A DNA stretch of 64,000 nucleotides from Psammoneis japonica (lineage: Eukaryota), in NCBI GenBank assembly GCA_008632985.1, contig QPGO01000209.1, forward strand, positions 1 to 64,000. The letters are read 5' to 3'. The notes below the pieces were generated by a model that made no database searches, was not told the DNA's origin, and was given only the letters and a program-made list of their open reading frames with translations. Below, in pieces: positions 37,645-51,400 of this stretch. The first letter of the stretch is position 1, and every line of letters starts with the position of its first letter. The position numbers were made by a program, and so were the translations under genes.

Positions 37645-39816
37645 ATGAACTGGTTGGTTTGGGGCATCATTGCGACAACATGTTGTCTTGTCACGTGCTT
37701 TCATCGTGCGGATGCGTCGACGCAAGAAGTTCTTCGTCGTGCTGGAAACGACAATGGGTCTGTGTTACAAAACCAAAAGACGACGGCAGAAAGGAAAACC
37801 TACAAGCATAATCGACAATTGGTGGAAGAACGTCATGATGTTCCATCCTACAAGTCATCAGTCGTTCGGGATGGTACAAATGACAAAGCCCTCAGGATTC
37901 CAAAATTAACGGATGGCAAGCCGGAACCAATGAATGGAAAGCTGTATTTCGCTGCTTTGGACGGAAACAATGGAAGTAAGCTCTGGGTGTATGATCCATT
38001 GAAACGCCATGCGGAAAGGGTGCAGGGGCGTACAGACTTTTCGAATCCACTTGGATTAAAAGCCATGGATGGAAGGCTGTATTTCCGTGCAAGCGATGGA
38101 ACGCATGGATTAGAGCTGTGGGAGCACGATCCAGCGCGTGGTACAACGGAAATGCTAAAAGACATCCGTCCGGGTCCCAAAGCCTCGTATCCAGCTCAAT
38201 TGACACCCATGGATGGAAAGCTGTACTTTTCTGCTGCGGATGGAGCACATGTGATTCGGACAAAGAATTCTGGTTCCATTTCTCCGAGTACCGAGCTTTG
38301 GATGCATGATCCGGTGAGTCGCACAACGGAAATGGTAAAGGACATCTGGCCCGGAAGCAGAAGTTCATCTCCAACAAGGTTGACGCCAATGAATGGGAAG
38401 CTCTATTTTAGAGCGGATGATGGGACGCAAGGACGGGAGGTCTGGGTGCATGATCCGTCGAGCAACAGAACTGAAATGATAAAGGACATCAACCCTGTTG
38501 CCAAGAGTTTGCGTCCTTATTCTTTTTTGTTGTTTTTGGCACCCATGGATGGCAAGCTTTATTTCACAGAAGATGATGGAACACATGGAATGGAGCTTTG
38601 GGTGCACGATCCAGTGAGCAATACAACGGAAATGGTGGAGGACATCAATCCCGGCAAGGGCAAGTCGCATTCCAATCCGTCGGGTTTGGTCCCCATAAAC
38701 GGAAAGCTGTACTTTGGTGCTGATGATGGGCGACATGGACGGGAGCTGTGGGTGCATGATTCATCGAGTCACACTACGAACATGGTGCAGGATATTCACC
38801 CCGGCAGTGGCTCTTCGAATCCTGGTGAAAGTTTTGCGTCTTTGTTTCAATCGTCGGGTTTGATGTCTATGGATGGAAAGTTGTATTTTTGGGCCAATGA
38901 TGGAAAGCATGGACGCGAGCTTTGGTTTCATGATCCCACGAGTGACACGACTAGGATGGTAAAGGACATCCGTCCCGGTGGCATGGGCTCGGTGTCACCT
39001 CCAACGGAATTTTTAACACCCGAGGATGGAGACATATCACCCATGGATGGAAAGCTCTATTTTGAAGCTAACGACGGAATCCATGGTTTGGAGCTTTGGG
39101 TGCACGACCCCATGAGTGGCACAACAAAATTAGTAAAAGACATCAATCCGGGAAGAGCGGAATCGAATCCAACGTTTCTGACCCCCATGGATGGCAGGTT
39201 GTACTTCAGCGCACACGACGGAAAAAGTCGCAAGCTTTTCGTATTGGAGTCGTTGTTTGAGGATGAGGATGTTGACGGCGATGGTGTGCCAGACGACATG
39301 GACAACTGCCCCCTGTTTCCTAATGCAAATCAAGCAGATACCGACGGCGACGGCATCGGAGATGCTTGTGATATATGTCCTACGGTTTCCAACCATAATC
39401 AGCTTGAAGTTATAACCAAACCTCCCATGGGTCCAGTGAGGATTCGTGCATCACCAAAGCACTACCACTCTTGCCCCTCTTGGTTAAAGAGAAAAGCCGC
39501 AGACATCACAGCTTTAAATCTACGTTTGAAGCTTCGGCTAAAGGACTGCGAGAACAGTCTGGTCACGCATGCCCTTACAGAACGTGGACTTGAGCCAGAG
39601 TTGACCCGACTCGTGAAAGTTGTAAAAAATGGCAAATTCAAAGACACTGGCTTGTCGGGTGGTACTATGCGTCTTACCAAGAAGAATGGAAATTGGATGC
39701 ATACCATCGAGAAACCGAAAGAGCTTGGTGGAGTTGGTTGCTATGTGGCCGAATTTAAGATTTACCAAACGAATGGAGAAGCCGTGTATGCAAGCTCACC
39801 GTTCTTTTTGATGTAA
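37645..39816 (+). CDS. Secreted ELWxxDGT-like repeat (beta-propeller) protein with thrombospondin type 3 repeats
   Basis: Signal-like [16 protein letters not shown]; repeated MDGKLYFxADDGxHGxELWVHDP units; [33 protein letters not shown]; uninterrupted ORF. Confidence 0.9.
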   Translation: MNWLVWGIIATTCCLVTCFHRADASTQEVLRRAGNDNGSVLQNQKTTAERKTYKHNRQLVEERHDVPSYKSSVVRDGTNDKALRIPKLTDGKPEPMNGKLYFAALDGNNGSKLWVYDPLKRHAERVQGRTDFSNPLGLKAMDGRLYFRASDGTHGLELWEHDPARGTTEMLKDIRPGPKASYPAQLTPMDGKLYFSAADGAHVIRTKNSGSISPSTELWMHDPVSRTTEMVKDIWPGSRSSSPTRLTPMNGKLYFRADDGTQGREVWVHDPSSNRTEMIKDINPVAKSLRPYSFLLFLAPMDGKLYFTEDDGTHGMELWVHDPVSNTTEMVEDINPGKGKSHSNPSGLVPINGKLYFGADDGRHGRELWVHDSSSHTTNMVQDIHPGSGSSNPGESFASLFQSSGLMSMDGKLYFWANDGKHGRELWFHDPTSDTTRMVKDIRPGGMGSVSPPTEFLTPEDGDISPMDGKLYFEANDGIHGLELWVHDPMSGTTKLVKDINPGRAESNPTFLTPMDGRLYFSAHDGKSRKLFVLESLFEDEDVDGDGVPDDMDNCPLFPNANQADTDGDGIGDACDICPTVSNHNQLEVITKPPMGPVRIRASPKHYHSCPSWLKRKAADITALNLRLKLRLKDCENSLVTHALTERGLEPELTRLVKVVKNGKFKDTGLSGGTMRLTKKNGNWMHTIEKPKELGGVGCYVAEFKIYQTNGEAVYASSPFFLM

Positions 39817-40401
39817 TTTGTTTTGACCGATAAGCCTTCACCCTCGTAAAAATAAACGATCCTTTACTTTACATTGTATATTTGCATTGTACCGTCGTAA
39901 TGAGGAGAGACTTACGGCACATTGCTGCCCAGCCACACATAGTCCCAACGCTCGAACTGATCTTGCCCGTCATCAATGGCGAATGTTACGCCTTGACGAA
40001 ACAATGATTCAGGGCTCCCGGGTGTACAAGAACGCGTCTTGAAGAATCTGATGACTAATTAGGGGTGAACACTTGCAACAACCCACCGTCGTCCTGGACA
40101 CCGACGGAACGGCATTGTTCTAATGAGTTGAGGGTGGTTCTTTACTGTCGGGACAAGTACGAGGAAGCCGTGTTGGGGAGTTTCGAAGTTCAAGCATCTT
40201 TCTCGACTCTCAAAGCTTTCTCAGGCTCTTCACAAGCAGGTCACGCAGCAACATTTTTTGGTGCATTATCGAAAGGCACTTGTCATTCGCGAAGATGCCT
40301 TTGTGCACGAAGCATTCTACTAGTAGCACACTGTCACGACGAGATACGACAACACTTTTGGTTAATATAGGACAGATTCCCTTCATGAGTCTGATCATGA
40401 A

Positions 40402-42462
40402 TCAGACTAGATAGAACGGGGAGCTTACATACAATGGCTCTCGACCATCCGGTCGGTAAATCTTGAACTCCGCCAAATAACAACCAACTCCACCCAGAGC
40501 GCTGGGATTCCGCACCTTGAAAAACCACTTTCCATTCTTCTTTGAAAGTCGCATTTTGCCACCTTCCAAGCCCGTGTTCTCACCCTTGATGCCCTTGCCG
40601 ACAAACCTTACAATACGGGTCAACTCTGGCTCCAGTCCACTTTTACTTAGACTATCCGAGATCACATTGCTGTTGCAGTCCTTCACTTGAATCTTCAAGA
40701 ATAGTCTCGAGGCTGTGCCATCGGCTGCTTTTCTCATCAAGTAGGATGGGCACGAGAAACTGTATCTCGGTGATGAACGAATCCTCACAGGACCCATGGG
40801 TCTTGAGGTAACAACCTGAATAACATCCAACTGGTCTGGATTGGAATCCATGGGGCATGTGTCACAAACATCTCCGACACCGTCCCCATCGCCATCCGCT
40901 TGATTTGCATTGGCAACCGAGGGGCAGTTGTCGTCGCCATCCAACACACCGTCGCCGTCACTATCTTCCTGAGACAACTCCATCACGAAAAGCTTACCTT
41001 GTCTTCCCGTTAATCCATCTATGGCTTCGAAGTACAGCTTTCCATCAAGGGGTGTTAGATTAGTTGGCTGCGACCATTCGCTACCTCGATTGATATCCTT
41101 TACCATTTGAGTACTGTCGCTCAGTGGGTCATGAACCCAAAGCTCAATTCCATGCGTTCCATCATTAGCTCTAAAATACAGTCTTCCGTCCATTGGTGTT
41201 AACAATTGCGGCTCAAAGCTGACATCAGGGCTGATGTCCTTTACCAGTTTGGTTGTGTTACTCACTGGATCATGCTTCCAAAGCTCAAATCCATATTTTT
41301 CAGTCAACGCTACGAAATATAGCTTTCCGTCCATGGGTGTCAACCCCAATGGGGCCGAGGGTATCCCGGGGCCTGGATTGATGTCAGCCACCATTTGCGT
41401 TGTGCGGCTCGCTGGATCATGCACCCACAGCTCATCTCCGTGCGTTAAATCTGAGGCCATAAAGTACAGCTTTCCATCCATTGGTGTCAATTCTGCAGGA
41501 GATGACCCTACCCTGCCGGGAAAGATGTCCTTTAACATTTCCATTGTATTGCTCGATGGATCAAACATCCGAGGTTCCCATCCATTAGTTTCATCCGCAG
41601 CACTGAAATAAAGCTTTCCGTCCAACTTCGTCAAATATTGGGGACGCGAGCTCGAGAAACGACGGGGGTTGATATCCCCCACCATTTCGGTGGTGTTGCT
41701 CAATGGATCATGCATCCAGAACTCCATTCCCCGCTCTCGATAAAGAGTGAAGTACAGCTTGCCATCCAGTGAGACCATGGTTCCTGGAGAAGAGCGTCTC
41801 TTGCCGGGACGGATGTCAGTTATCATTTCCGTTGTCTGACTCACTGGGTCGTGCTCCCAGACCTCACTTCCATGGATTCCATCATCAGCACTGAAATAGA
41901 GCCTCCCGTTCATTGGTGTTAAACCATCTGGACTTGATGAGCCACTGCCGGGTTGGATGTCTTTTACCATTTCTGTCGTTTCAGTCAATGGATCATGCAC
42001 CCATAGCTCCAGACCATGTGTTCCATCATTAGCCGTAAAGTATAGCTTCCCATCCATCGGCGTCAGTCGTTCTGGAAACGAAAATGCGTCACCGGGATTC
42101 ACATCTTTTATCAATTGCGTTGTGTCACTGGCTGGATCGTACTTCCATAGCTCCAGACCATGCGTTTCATCGGTAGCACCGAAATATAGCTTTCCATCCA
42201 TTACCGTAATTCCACCTGATGGCACAATCTCGCTGACTTCCATAATCTTGAAGGATAAAGGTTGACCGTCCACCAACTGACGATTTGCTTTCTCGTGTGT
42301 TTGGGATTCGTGTAGAATTCTCGCGTCGACCTTGGTTCGCCTGGGATTGCTCTCAAGAACCAACGGCATCCCCTCGTCCTTATCAACTTGTCGTGTAGCA
42401 CCGACACTACTGCCGAAGCAAAGGAGGAGCACCAATGCGTCAAAAACAATCCGCCCGATCAT
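40402..42462 (-). CDS. Paralogous secreted ELWxxDGT-like repeat and TSP3 protein, convergent with the previous gene
   Basis: Signal-like [17 protein letters not shown] (upstream in-frame start at 42513); same repeats; [33 protein letters not shown]; shared C-terminal PMGPVRIR...GGVGCY.AEFKIY...SSPF. Confidence 0.9.
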   Translation of the reverse strand: MIGRIVFDALVLLLCFGSSVGATRQVDKDEGMPLVLESNPRRTKVDARILHESQTHEKANRQLVDGQPLSFKIMEVSEIVPSGGITVMDGKLYFGATDETHGLELWKYDPASDTTQLIKDVNPGDAFSFPERLTPMDGKLYFTANDGTHGLELWVHDPLTETTEMVKDIQPGSGSSSPDGLTPMNGRLYFSADDGIHGSEVWEHDPVSQTTEMITDIRPGKRRSSPGTMVSLDGKLYFTLYRERGMEFWMHDPLSNTTEMVGDINPRRFSSSRPQYLTKLDGKLYFSAADETNGWEPRMFDPSSNTMEMLKDIFPGRVGSSPAELTPMDGKLYFMASDLTHGDELWVHDPASRTTQMVADINPGPGIPSAPLGLTPMDGKLYFVALTEKYGFELWKHDPVSNTTKLVKDISPDVSFEPQLLTPMDGRLYFRANDGTHGIELWVHDPLSDSTQMVKDINRGSEWSQPTNLTPLDGKLYFEAIDGLTGRQGKLFVMELSQEDSDGDGVLDGDDNCPSVANANQADGDGDGVGDVCDTCPMDSNPDQLDVIQVVTSRPMGPVRIRSSPRYSFSCPSYLMRKAADGTASRLFLKIQVKDCNSNVISDSLSKSGLEPELTRIVRFVGKGIKGENTGLEGGKMRLSKKNGKWFFKVRNPSALGGVGCYLAEFKIYRPDGREPLYVSSPFYLV

Positions 42463-42899
42463 TGTATTCTTTCGTTCCGGTTTTGCGATTCCTCTTGGGA
42501 TACAAGAATGCACTCAAATGGCCCCAAACAATGCGGCGGTTGAGAATGTGCGATACAACATATTTGACTCGACTGGCGTCTTTCGAGAACAGAAGTTGCT
42601 TTTTTGAAGCGAATGTTGAATTGCCCAATAAATGTTACGAAACATTTACGATTTATGACTTATGACCCCGACAACTTGACGGAGGAAGAAAGAATGTCCA
42701 ATCCCGTTGGTTTATTGTTCGTATGACATTGTGTGCATTTCTACATGCACGATTTTGTTTTTTCACCTAGATGAAAAATTTAAGGGGGACCACCGACTTA
42801 TTTTTTCCGCGTTTATCCTAAAATTGGCAATGTGTTTGAATGCGTTTGTTTGTAATTGTTAATTTTAAATGCAAGAATTGTTCGATTGCCCATGAAAAC

Positions 42900-45800
42900 G
42901 AGAGACATCAGGCACCGCGATCGAAGCACGACGATGACGGCCATTGCACCATCTCTCAAAATTGGCCCAGTGGCGCGAGGGACCAAAGCATGCAAATCAA
43001 TCTGCGCTGTGTCACGACAACAAAACCAATGAGCGTCCCTCGTGAGGTGACACTTTGCAGCTCACTGCTCGTCGCGAACATCATCATTGTCACTCGTGCT
43101 TTTGTTGTGTCATTTTCTGTCGTGACACGTCAAAAACGGGGAAAAACCCGGAAAAGACGTAAAAAAATGAGCCGACGGCCCGCCTTGGTTGTGGCTGTTG
43201 CTTGCAGTTGCGACATTTTCGAATGACCCCACCTTCAGCGATGGATTTGCACTCTGTTCCAGTGGCAACCAACAAACCAAAAGAACACCTCAGAAATGTG
43301 CGATGGCTTTCAGATCTTTCACAAATGACGAGCACATCCACCACAAACTGACGGTCCATCCTCAAACTTCTGCATCTGTTCACAAGGTCAAAGCACCCCC
43401 CCCCACCACCGAGCACTGCTCTGTCATTCTCAAATGTGTCTTGTGCAGGAGCACACCCCCCCCATCACCAGCTGCTTTGCAGCCATGGCACGTTTGATCA
43501 GCACGCCAGTGCAGACAAACAAAAAAAGACTCTCCAGCCTCCTGCTTCATTGGCTTGTCATCTCATGCAAGGCCAAACAAACTTTTCAGAAACGGCCTTT
43601 GGTTGCTAGCTGACAACATGCCCGCAGCAACCTGCGCCCTCTTTTTCCTCTCCAAAAACAAGCAAGATGCCTGCCCTCATCTCTTTTGCTTCTCCTCAAT
43701 GGCCTGGTTGTGCTGGCACTTTGTTTGCCAAAGAGCCACACCTGGTCTTTCTCTCATCAACCACAGCGAGCTTGTCATGCCCTTCACCCTCGCTTTTCAA
43801 CACAGGGCTTGTCACGTTGGGAGCAAACCAGCTCAGCTCTGCCAGCATTTGAGCCAGCAGGTGCACAAACAGGTTGTCAATTGGAGATGAGCTCATCTTT
43901 TGAACTTTTCAAGCGTGGCTGCACTTGCCTCGCCCCCCCCCTTTCTGGCAGCAAGAAGCAGCCCCCAGGGGCAAGAGCTTGAAGCACACTGTGTTGGCTG
44001 CTGACCTGGAGACACTCTTGGATTGCCCCAAATGGGGGCCACACGTTTTTGCAGTTTCCACATTTTTTTGACAAAACAACCAAATGGCAGAAAAGAGCAA
44101 CTTGACCTTTGAGCTTGGTGTGCTGCTGATTTGCTGCTCAGCCCATTGGGTTGTTTCCTCAGCATCATCTTTGGTGTCTGCACAGAACATGCCACATGTT
44201 GACTTCCTCGAAACATTGCAAATTTCTGGTGGGGAGCTGCTGCTTTGCTCAACTGCCTGTGATGTCAGAAAGTTGTGCAGCGACTCAATCTTCTGCGTGT
44301 GTCTGTCATTCTGTCCATCAGAGTTCTGGCTGAAATTGTTCTTTTTTGATGCCACATCATGCGGAATTTCAAGCTCATTGCTGTGAGGACCGCCGATGGT
44401 CTGTGGATGTTGGGGCAACCATGGATGATTGCTTCAGCAGTGCTTGGTTGATTGTTGTGAAGGTGTCCATCCCTGAGACTTGCACTGGTGTCTGGCGCAA
44501 GCGTGTGTGGAAAAACATCCTCCCTTTGTGCACCCAGCAGGTTCAGTCCAGGTGGCTCACAATTTGGTTGCTGGCAGTTTTGTGAAGACTGTTGGCTGAA
44601 CTTCTGTCACTGCTTTCCAGCTGACGCTCTCAGCTTGCATTCTGTCTGAGGTGTTGGTTGGCCTGTCCCAGCGCATTGGACTCCTTCAATTTTGATCGTT
44701 TCGAAAATCGAAAGGTGAGTGTACACCCAAAAAAACATGCAAAGTGTGCACTCACCCTTCGATTTGGCAAAAAACGGATTTTGAAAAAGTTTGATGCGCT
44801 GAATGCAAAAATTTTGGCAAATGATGGGAATCGAACCCGCGCGCATCATCTGGAGCTGGAGACAGGCCGGTTTGGAGTGGACATCTGGCCAACATGTTGG
44901 GAAGACACTCAGAGCTCAGCCATGGATGCACAAGCTTCAACTGGTCAACTCATCTGGCTGGGGCAAATTGACACATGCAACACCTCCACTTGGCAATGCT
45001 CAGACTGGAGCAACCATCTTTGGCTCTGACCCATCAGCGCTTCCCTCTGTGGATGCACTCCACACTCTTGTCCTTGAGCGCTCTGCCTGGCTCTGTCAGA
45101 ATGATTGGCTGGCCCCACCACAAAGTTCATTGTTGATTTTGTGGCACGTGCACCATCTCAGGTCCAACTCTGTCCCATGGCCCTCCTGAGACCCAAGCAA
45201 GACAGCTCTCCAAGTTCATGCTTGTCAGCTCAGAATGTCCCAGATGATTGGCCAGCTTCAGCAGCCTCAAACATGTTGTCAGACTTGGCTGGCAATCCTG
45301 ATGATCACTTCCAGGACCAGCCCCTGAGGACCAACCTCCTCCACCAGAGAGTCAACCACCTCCTCAAGAAGCCAAGGACTCAGATGATGAGTCTGTCTTG
45401 GCTCTTGTGCCTTGGTGTGAGATGACGCTGAGTTGTCAGATGAGGAGTCTGATGACAAAGTCCCGTGATGCTGGGTGAACACCAAGCCATGCAATGTCTG
45501 CAAAAGCAATGCTGCAGATGAAGATCTGCAAAAGCCCAAGACCAGCTGTGGGGGACGTTGCCCTCATTGGCTCTGCTGAGAAGGTGGCATGAACAGGAGG
45601 CAAGCCCAAGGCTGGCTGGTTTGGTCTGGACTCTTTGGTGGTGAGTGCTCCTGCCTTGCCAAATCAGTGCTGCTCACACCATGTTTCCACCATGCAGAAG
45701 AGCAAGAGCTGCCACACCATCAGGCTTTCTGCCAAGCTCATGGAAAAGGGGCACTTGGCTGTTTTTGAGAAGAGCAACATGTGCGTCAAAGTTGCTGTGC

Positions 45801-46200
45801 TGTGCAGTGCAGCAGCACTTGCCACAATCTGCATCTTGACAGAGTCAAGTTTGGAGCAATTGATGATGTCCAAAAGGTGTTTTCTTGTGTTGGACCCATC
45901 ATCAGGGCTGGCATGGCCACATTCCTTGAGCCCTTTGAGGTTGGCATGCTCTGCTCAACCTGAGGATGGATGCCTCCAAAGGAGGTTTGGCATCTTGCCC
46001 CATGTGCTGGGCACTGAAAAAGAAGATGTGTTGCGACTTTGTCGTTGTGAAAATTGTGAGCTGGTTTAGAGTAGAGAAAGTGGGATCGTGCGAATGGGGA
46101 ATCTTGCCAAATCCCTGTTCGTTCGCATTTGGATCGCATCAAATCGATCGTGCGTTTGCATTGTGGATCGTGCGAATCAAGCCATCACGCGCCATGCACG
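42900..46200. mobile_element. Unclassified TpA-depleted repeat-like sequence
   Basis: Composition only; no domain recognised. Confidence 0.35.
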
Positions 46201-46690
46201 AGTGATGTCATCGTGTGGAATCACGCTGCCATCGTGGGCCAGACGACGGGCCAGTGTGCTTCACACGGATGCGCTCTTAGCATCCTTCTGGAATTGCCCA
46301 AGACCCAGAGCCATGCCCTTCTGTGGTCGTGCTTTCCAGGTGCACGTTGACAATGCTGCGTTGCCACGTGCAAGAGGCTTGTGCACGGTCTCGCCGTGTT
46401 GTCCAGCAGCAAGGCACACTGCACACTCCCCCATGATCAGGGCCGTTGAGTGACAGGATGTCTTGCTGGTGATAGGGTGCAATCTGCCGTAGATTGTGCG
46501 CATCCATCAGCGCTCCGTTCTGGATGCGCAACATGCCGTTGTCACACAGGGCCCTGCACGGACAACTCTGGCGGGTCCTGCACAGCTGTCAGAACCGTGT
46601 TTAGAGGATTGTTCCTGTTTGACAAGCACCAATTGCCCCATTTTGTGTTGACACCATTTGCGTTTCTGATTTTCATGCTTGTTGTTTAAG

Positions 46691-47404
46691 GAGACCACGG
46701 GAAAACAGGGCGTCCGCCCAGACGGTGCGCAATTTTACCTTGTTTTCCGTTGAACAGCATGTGACACACAAGAGAAAGACACACACATTCAACGGTCGGC
46801 TGTCGCAAAAATTTGCGTGCGCTTTTGCTCGGACGTCTGACATGCCAGCAGTTCTTTTTTACCGGATCGCCAAAACGCGTGCCGTTCGAGCAGTTTTTTT
46901 TTACCGGAAGGTAAAAAAATGGCATTCTTTTTTACCGCACGGTGACGGAGATGTTAAACTTTTGCCATTGAGGCAAATCAAAACCTCTCGGTTTCAGCAT
47001 GAGAACCGACGGACATTTTCCATGCTGACGTTTGTCTTTGAGCTTTCCACATCCTCCGCCAAGCATCCGATCATCATGCGAAGCCCTGAGGGAAGAAAGA
47101 AGGATTCAGCGTGGGCCATGGTGGTTTTTTATGGCATCAGAGAGCGATCGCTGATGCTGTGTGCGAACAGCATTTTTACCGGACGACGCAAAGTTGAGCC
47201 GTTCAAGCTGTTTTTTTTTACCGCACGACTCAACGTCAAGCCGTTCTCGCCAATTTTATTTAGCGAAATCGCCAACACAAACTTTTTTAGCGATTGTCAT
47301 TGTTGCCCACATGCAAAATCTACACAAGCCTTTTTAAATGCATTTGACAACTTCTTTTCACAAATGTCCGAAGAACAACAGCCATTCAATTTTCCCGTGC
47401 TCTC
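46691..47404. mobile_element. 714-bp non-autonomous TIR element in the Gypsy integrase tail
   Basis: TIRs GAGACCACGGGAAAA and GAGAGCACGGGAAAA; AAG duplicated at the flanks; removing it restores KLIHLNNK; internal repeated TTTTTACCG. Confidence 0.85.
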
Positions 47405-47838
47405 AAGTGGATGAGCTTCTGCTTTCTGTTTTCCATGTACTTCCACTTAGCACGATGGACAATAGATAAAACCGCATCGCGTCCGAAGACCAATTGCATG
47501 GGACTTGCACGCGTGGTCGTGTGTGCCGCAGCTCTAACAGCGAAGGCCACTGCGGAGAGGATGCCACTCCATGGGTCATCTTCATCCAGTTCCATGTCCT
47601 GCACTGAAAAGGAACGCACCATGTTACCAAGTGTCTGGTGTGCAAGTTCCACTGTGGCGTTCGCCTGTGGATTCGGCTTGCTTGTGGGTTTCTTCAAAAT
47701 CCCACAGTCATTTTTAATCATCTGGCTAAATTCTGCCATAAATTCTGTCCCACGGTCATAAACCACCTGGGTTGGCCACGGACATCTGCATGGCCACGTT
47801 TGTTCTACGACGTTTGCTGCGACGTCTGCGCGTTTCGT

Positions 47839-48260
47839 GGCTGTTTGCCACCAACGCTGCTGGGGGGTGCGTCCCACTGCAGTTAGGAGGCGGTGGTTGG
47901 TGGTGTCAGCGCTTCACCAGGGTTTCTTGCCCTCTTCAGGCTCACCAGCAACCGAGACCGCCTCCGATGAGGCGGCTGGGCGGGAGTGGAGGGTCAAAAA
48001 GTTTGCAACTGCTGCTGCGGCCTCGGCAGGCAGCGACGAGTTGCAAAGAATGCCGCTGGCATTCCGGTCATTCAAGGCTGCGTGCGTTGGGGGGTGGGTG
48101 CATCTGTCCTTCCCCCTGCGATGCTAAAATGGCTGTTCGCCACCAACGCTGCTGGGGGGTGCGTCCCACTGTAGTCAGGAGGCGGTGGTTGGTGGTGTCA
48201 GCGCTTTGCTGGGGTTTCTTGCCCTCTTTGGGCTCACCAGCAACCGAGACCGCCTCCGAT
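47839..48260 (-). repeat. Split direct repeats B2, A2 and B1
   Basis: The two 130-bp B copies align without gaps; the 138-bp A2 matches 61736-61873. Confidence 0.93.
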
Positions 48261-48419
48261 CCGCCACTCTTGGAGGGCCGAGAAGGAAAAAGGGGATGGG
48301 TCAGAAGCAAAACAAAACCAAACATCCACATTTTAAGTGCTGCTGCGCTTCCACCCTGCAACTCCGGCAACAAGCTAACCCACACCCCCAGTGCACTGTC
48401 AGTGCGGCAGGAGCAAATG

Positions 48420-51400
48420 GCGATTGGCCGAGATCGGCGTCACCCGAGGGTAACGCCGCGCCGAAATAACTTGCAATGGTTCTTGTGCCTCGTGCAGCCA
48501 ACCTTTTGGCTTCCCGCATGCTCGATTTAAAGACTGGTTTGAACACAGCCAGCCAGCTTCGAAGCCCATGTGTTGAGTGTGTCAGGTGGTCTTCCACCGA
48601 ATCCAGGAGGAGCGCTTTGTCTCTGGCCAGATGATCATCCGTTCGGGAGCAAATGGCTTTAACCTCCGCTTCCGCATCTCTCCTCTGAGAAGATTTCCTA
48701 GTTTCCGAATCGTGCCCGTGTGCAGCGTCGTTGTTAGAGTCCCACAGGTCCCACCACTGTTCCCACATGTGATTCCCGATTGTTGCCGCCCAATCCAATC
48801 GTCACTGTTGCTCAGTTAAAGTTTGACAAATGCCACTCGACAGAAGATGAGAGGTTTGTGCAACATTCCAATGGACTGAAAATCGTCCGTTGAACAAATG
48901 ACGCCATCCGATTTCGCCCTGAGAATGGAAGGCAGCCGTCACACTGTGATGAAACTGTTCAGAGCACAGAAGCTCACTTCGGAACCATGCCTCTAAAGCC
49001 GAAACAATCAGATCTCTTAATGACGGAGATGTGTGAATGTCATCGCACTTCTTGCGCAGGCCTTGTAAAAATTTTCTGCGCCAGGCTTCGTCATGAGGAC
49101 ATCGGAGAATGTGGTCTCTGTCTTTGTTCGGGTCCTGACAGTGAACGCAACAGTCCGGATGAACCGGGTTGCATCTGTGAACGATTTTGTTGGTGGGGAG
49201 AAGGTCTTGCACTAACTTGACGGTGCTGACTTTCCAACGGATGTTTCGAGACATCAATTTGGCATGCACGTCCCAGTCGATAGAATCATGTGCCTCGTCG
49301 GACCAGCTGCACTTTTCTTTCATGTGAGAAATGAGCGCCGGACTGGATGCCTGATGACGGAGAACTGGCTTGCATTTGGAAGAAACAGTGGCACCTCGGA
49401 GAATCAAGTTTGCTCGACAATGAGGCACACTAGGGGCTTCAAGAGTGTCGCCTGCAAATGTTCCCTGGAATTGTCCAGCCAGTCGATCAGCTCGAATGTT
49501 CAGCTTCGCAGCCAAAGAAAGAGATTCCCAAGGGAGGACATCGTCTTGATGGCCTTTGGCCCAGTGAATCGCGACTGGAGGATCCTGCGACTCTTCAATT
49601 CTGGCTTCGGACACTTGTTGCTGGGAGTGAAAAATTTCATTGACAATGTCCCAATCGGGAGAGAGGGTGTTGGCAATGTGATGACGCCAATGGAAGTCGT
49701 TGATGCTTGAAGTGTCCTCATCTTCAGGAGGGTGAGGAATCACCTGGAAATTCAAGATGTTGCGAATGAGTGAGGAGCTGTCGCAATGCAAGTCCGTGCC
49801 TCGTAGATGTGAGGAACAACATTCAGTCATTCGGATCAGAAAACGGAGGAATGACAACAGGCCGCATGCTTCTGCTCGGCAAGAAGATGGACGACAACCA
49901 AAAACTGGGCCCGCACAGTCCACTGGGGGAGTGCCATCAATTGTGATCGTCCATCCGAAGGCACCTCTAAATTGAAGGACCAATCCATCGCTGCCCGCAG
50001 ACGCTTGGTGTGTCGCAAGGAAGTCGGCTGTTTCGAATGTGGACCGGTGCAGTGCAATGTCCACAAACAGGGACGATTCCCAACGAGGGAGAGACCGCAG
50101 CATCGAGAGAAAATCGTTGGGGACGGGAGGCACAGTTGGCAAGGAGACTGAAGCACCAAAAGACTGAATGCACCAATGTCCATTGCTGGTGGCATCCACA
50201 AGCACCGGGGATGCCGCAGGGGAAACATCTGGGACAGTTTCCAAGGCCGCAATCGATTCTGCGTAACCGTGTTTCACCGGAAAAATGTGAAATCCTGCAT
50301 CCGAGCGGATGCACAAGTGATCTTCAGAGGGTTCGTGGCATGCCACGTGTGACATTCGCATTTCTGTGGCCGGTGTTAGCCATTGACCTAGGGGATCTCG
50401 GAGATTGAAGGAATCATCCTTGCAAAATAAGGAACAAGCTCTTCGCCACTGTTTCCAAGCTCAAGCAGACGGACGCTGTTGTTCAACGGGGTTCAATGCA
50501 CTGCGGCTGCTGAAAAGGGACGATCGGCCATCGACCTTAAAGGAGTCAAGCGACAGGCCATCTGGAAGAGTAACATCCGACAGTGTCAGGACGTTTGGAT
50601 GTAATCGACAGCAGTTGACCCACCTGATCTCTCGATCACTGAAGGCGTCCGACTCAAGCACAACATCCACAACATGTTGGTCGTCATCTCGCTGTAGCGG
50701 GAGGATGCCAGGCTCGTCACAGTCAACAGAAGCATGATCCTTGCCAAGAAGGATCGGAGAGACACAAACCACCGTGATTCCGAATGAGGCAACTTGGCAT
50801 GAACATCTTTTAGAAAACTAACACCCGTTCCGATCTGCAACTGGATCCATGACACTGCAATGCGGGGTGGAGCTTGGGGTTGTCCTGTCCCGCGCCAGTG
50901 ACGAAGAAACTGTAGAACTTGAGCAACGCCTTGTTCGACGTCTAAGGACCTGAAACCGCCACCTCCTAGGGAGTGAGGCCCGAACAAAACATCCCGTTTC
51001 GCATTACGATTGTATCCGCACTTGGCAAAAATCGCACGCACAGCTTTTCGTTGTGCCTCTAACAACTCTTTCTCCTTGAAGTGAGTGTTTGGGAGAACGC
51101 ACGCAGTTGACGACAAGTAACAAGCAAAGCAGTGGGTCCATGCCTCGTGTCGATCGAGAGGGCAAGATCGGAGAAACAAGGCAATGCCGTCGCTCTTTTG
51201 TTTGAGAGCCGAGTGTTGAGTCTTTTGTGCACCCGCAGGGGATTTATAGTGACCAAGTGTCTTGTGAGAGGAACAAGCAGATAGTTGTTTGCTAGACCGT
51301 GTCGTGGTTCGATCAGCCGAAGAGATTTCGATGTCAATCTCCTCATTGTAGGGTCGCAGGTGTGGTTCTCCGTCGTCAGTAAACATCCACTCAATTGCGT

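Noticed and set aside
37900..42200. Regularly spaced repeats as a CRISPR array
   Set aside because: They are in-frame protein repeats of about 50 aa; there are no cas genes and the context is eukaryotic.
12800..46400. Numerous short Cys/His-rich ORFs in the track within TpA-depleted blocks
   Set aside because: They are by-products of stop-codon depletion and have no recognisable domains.
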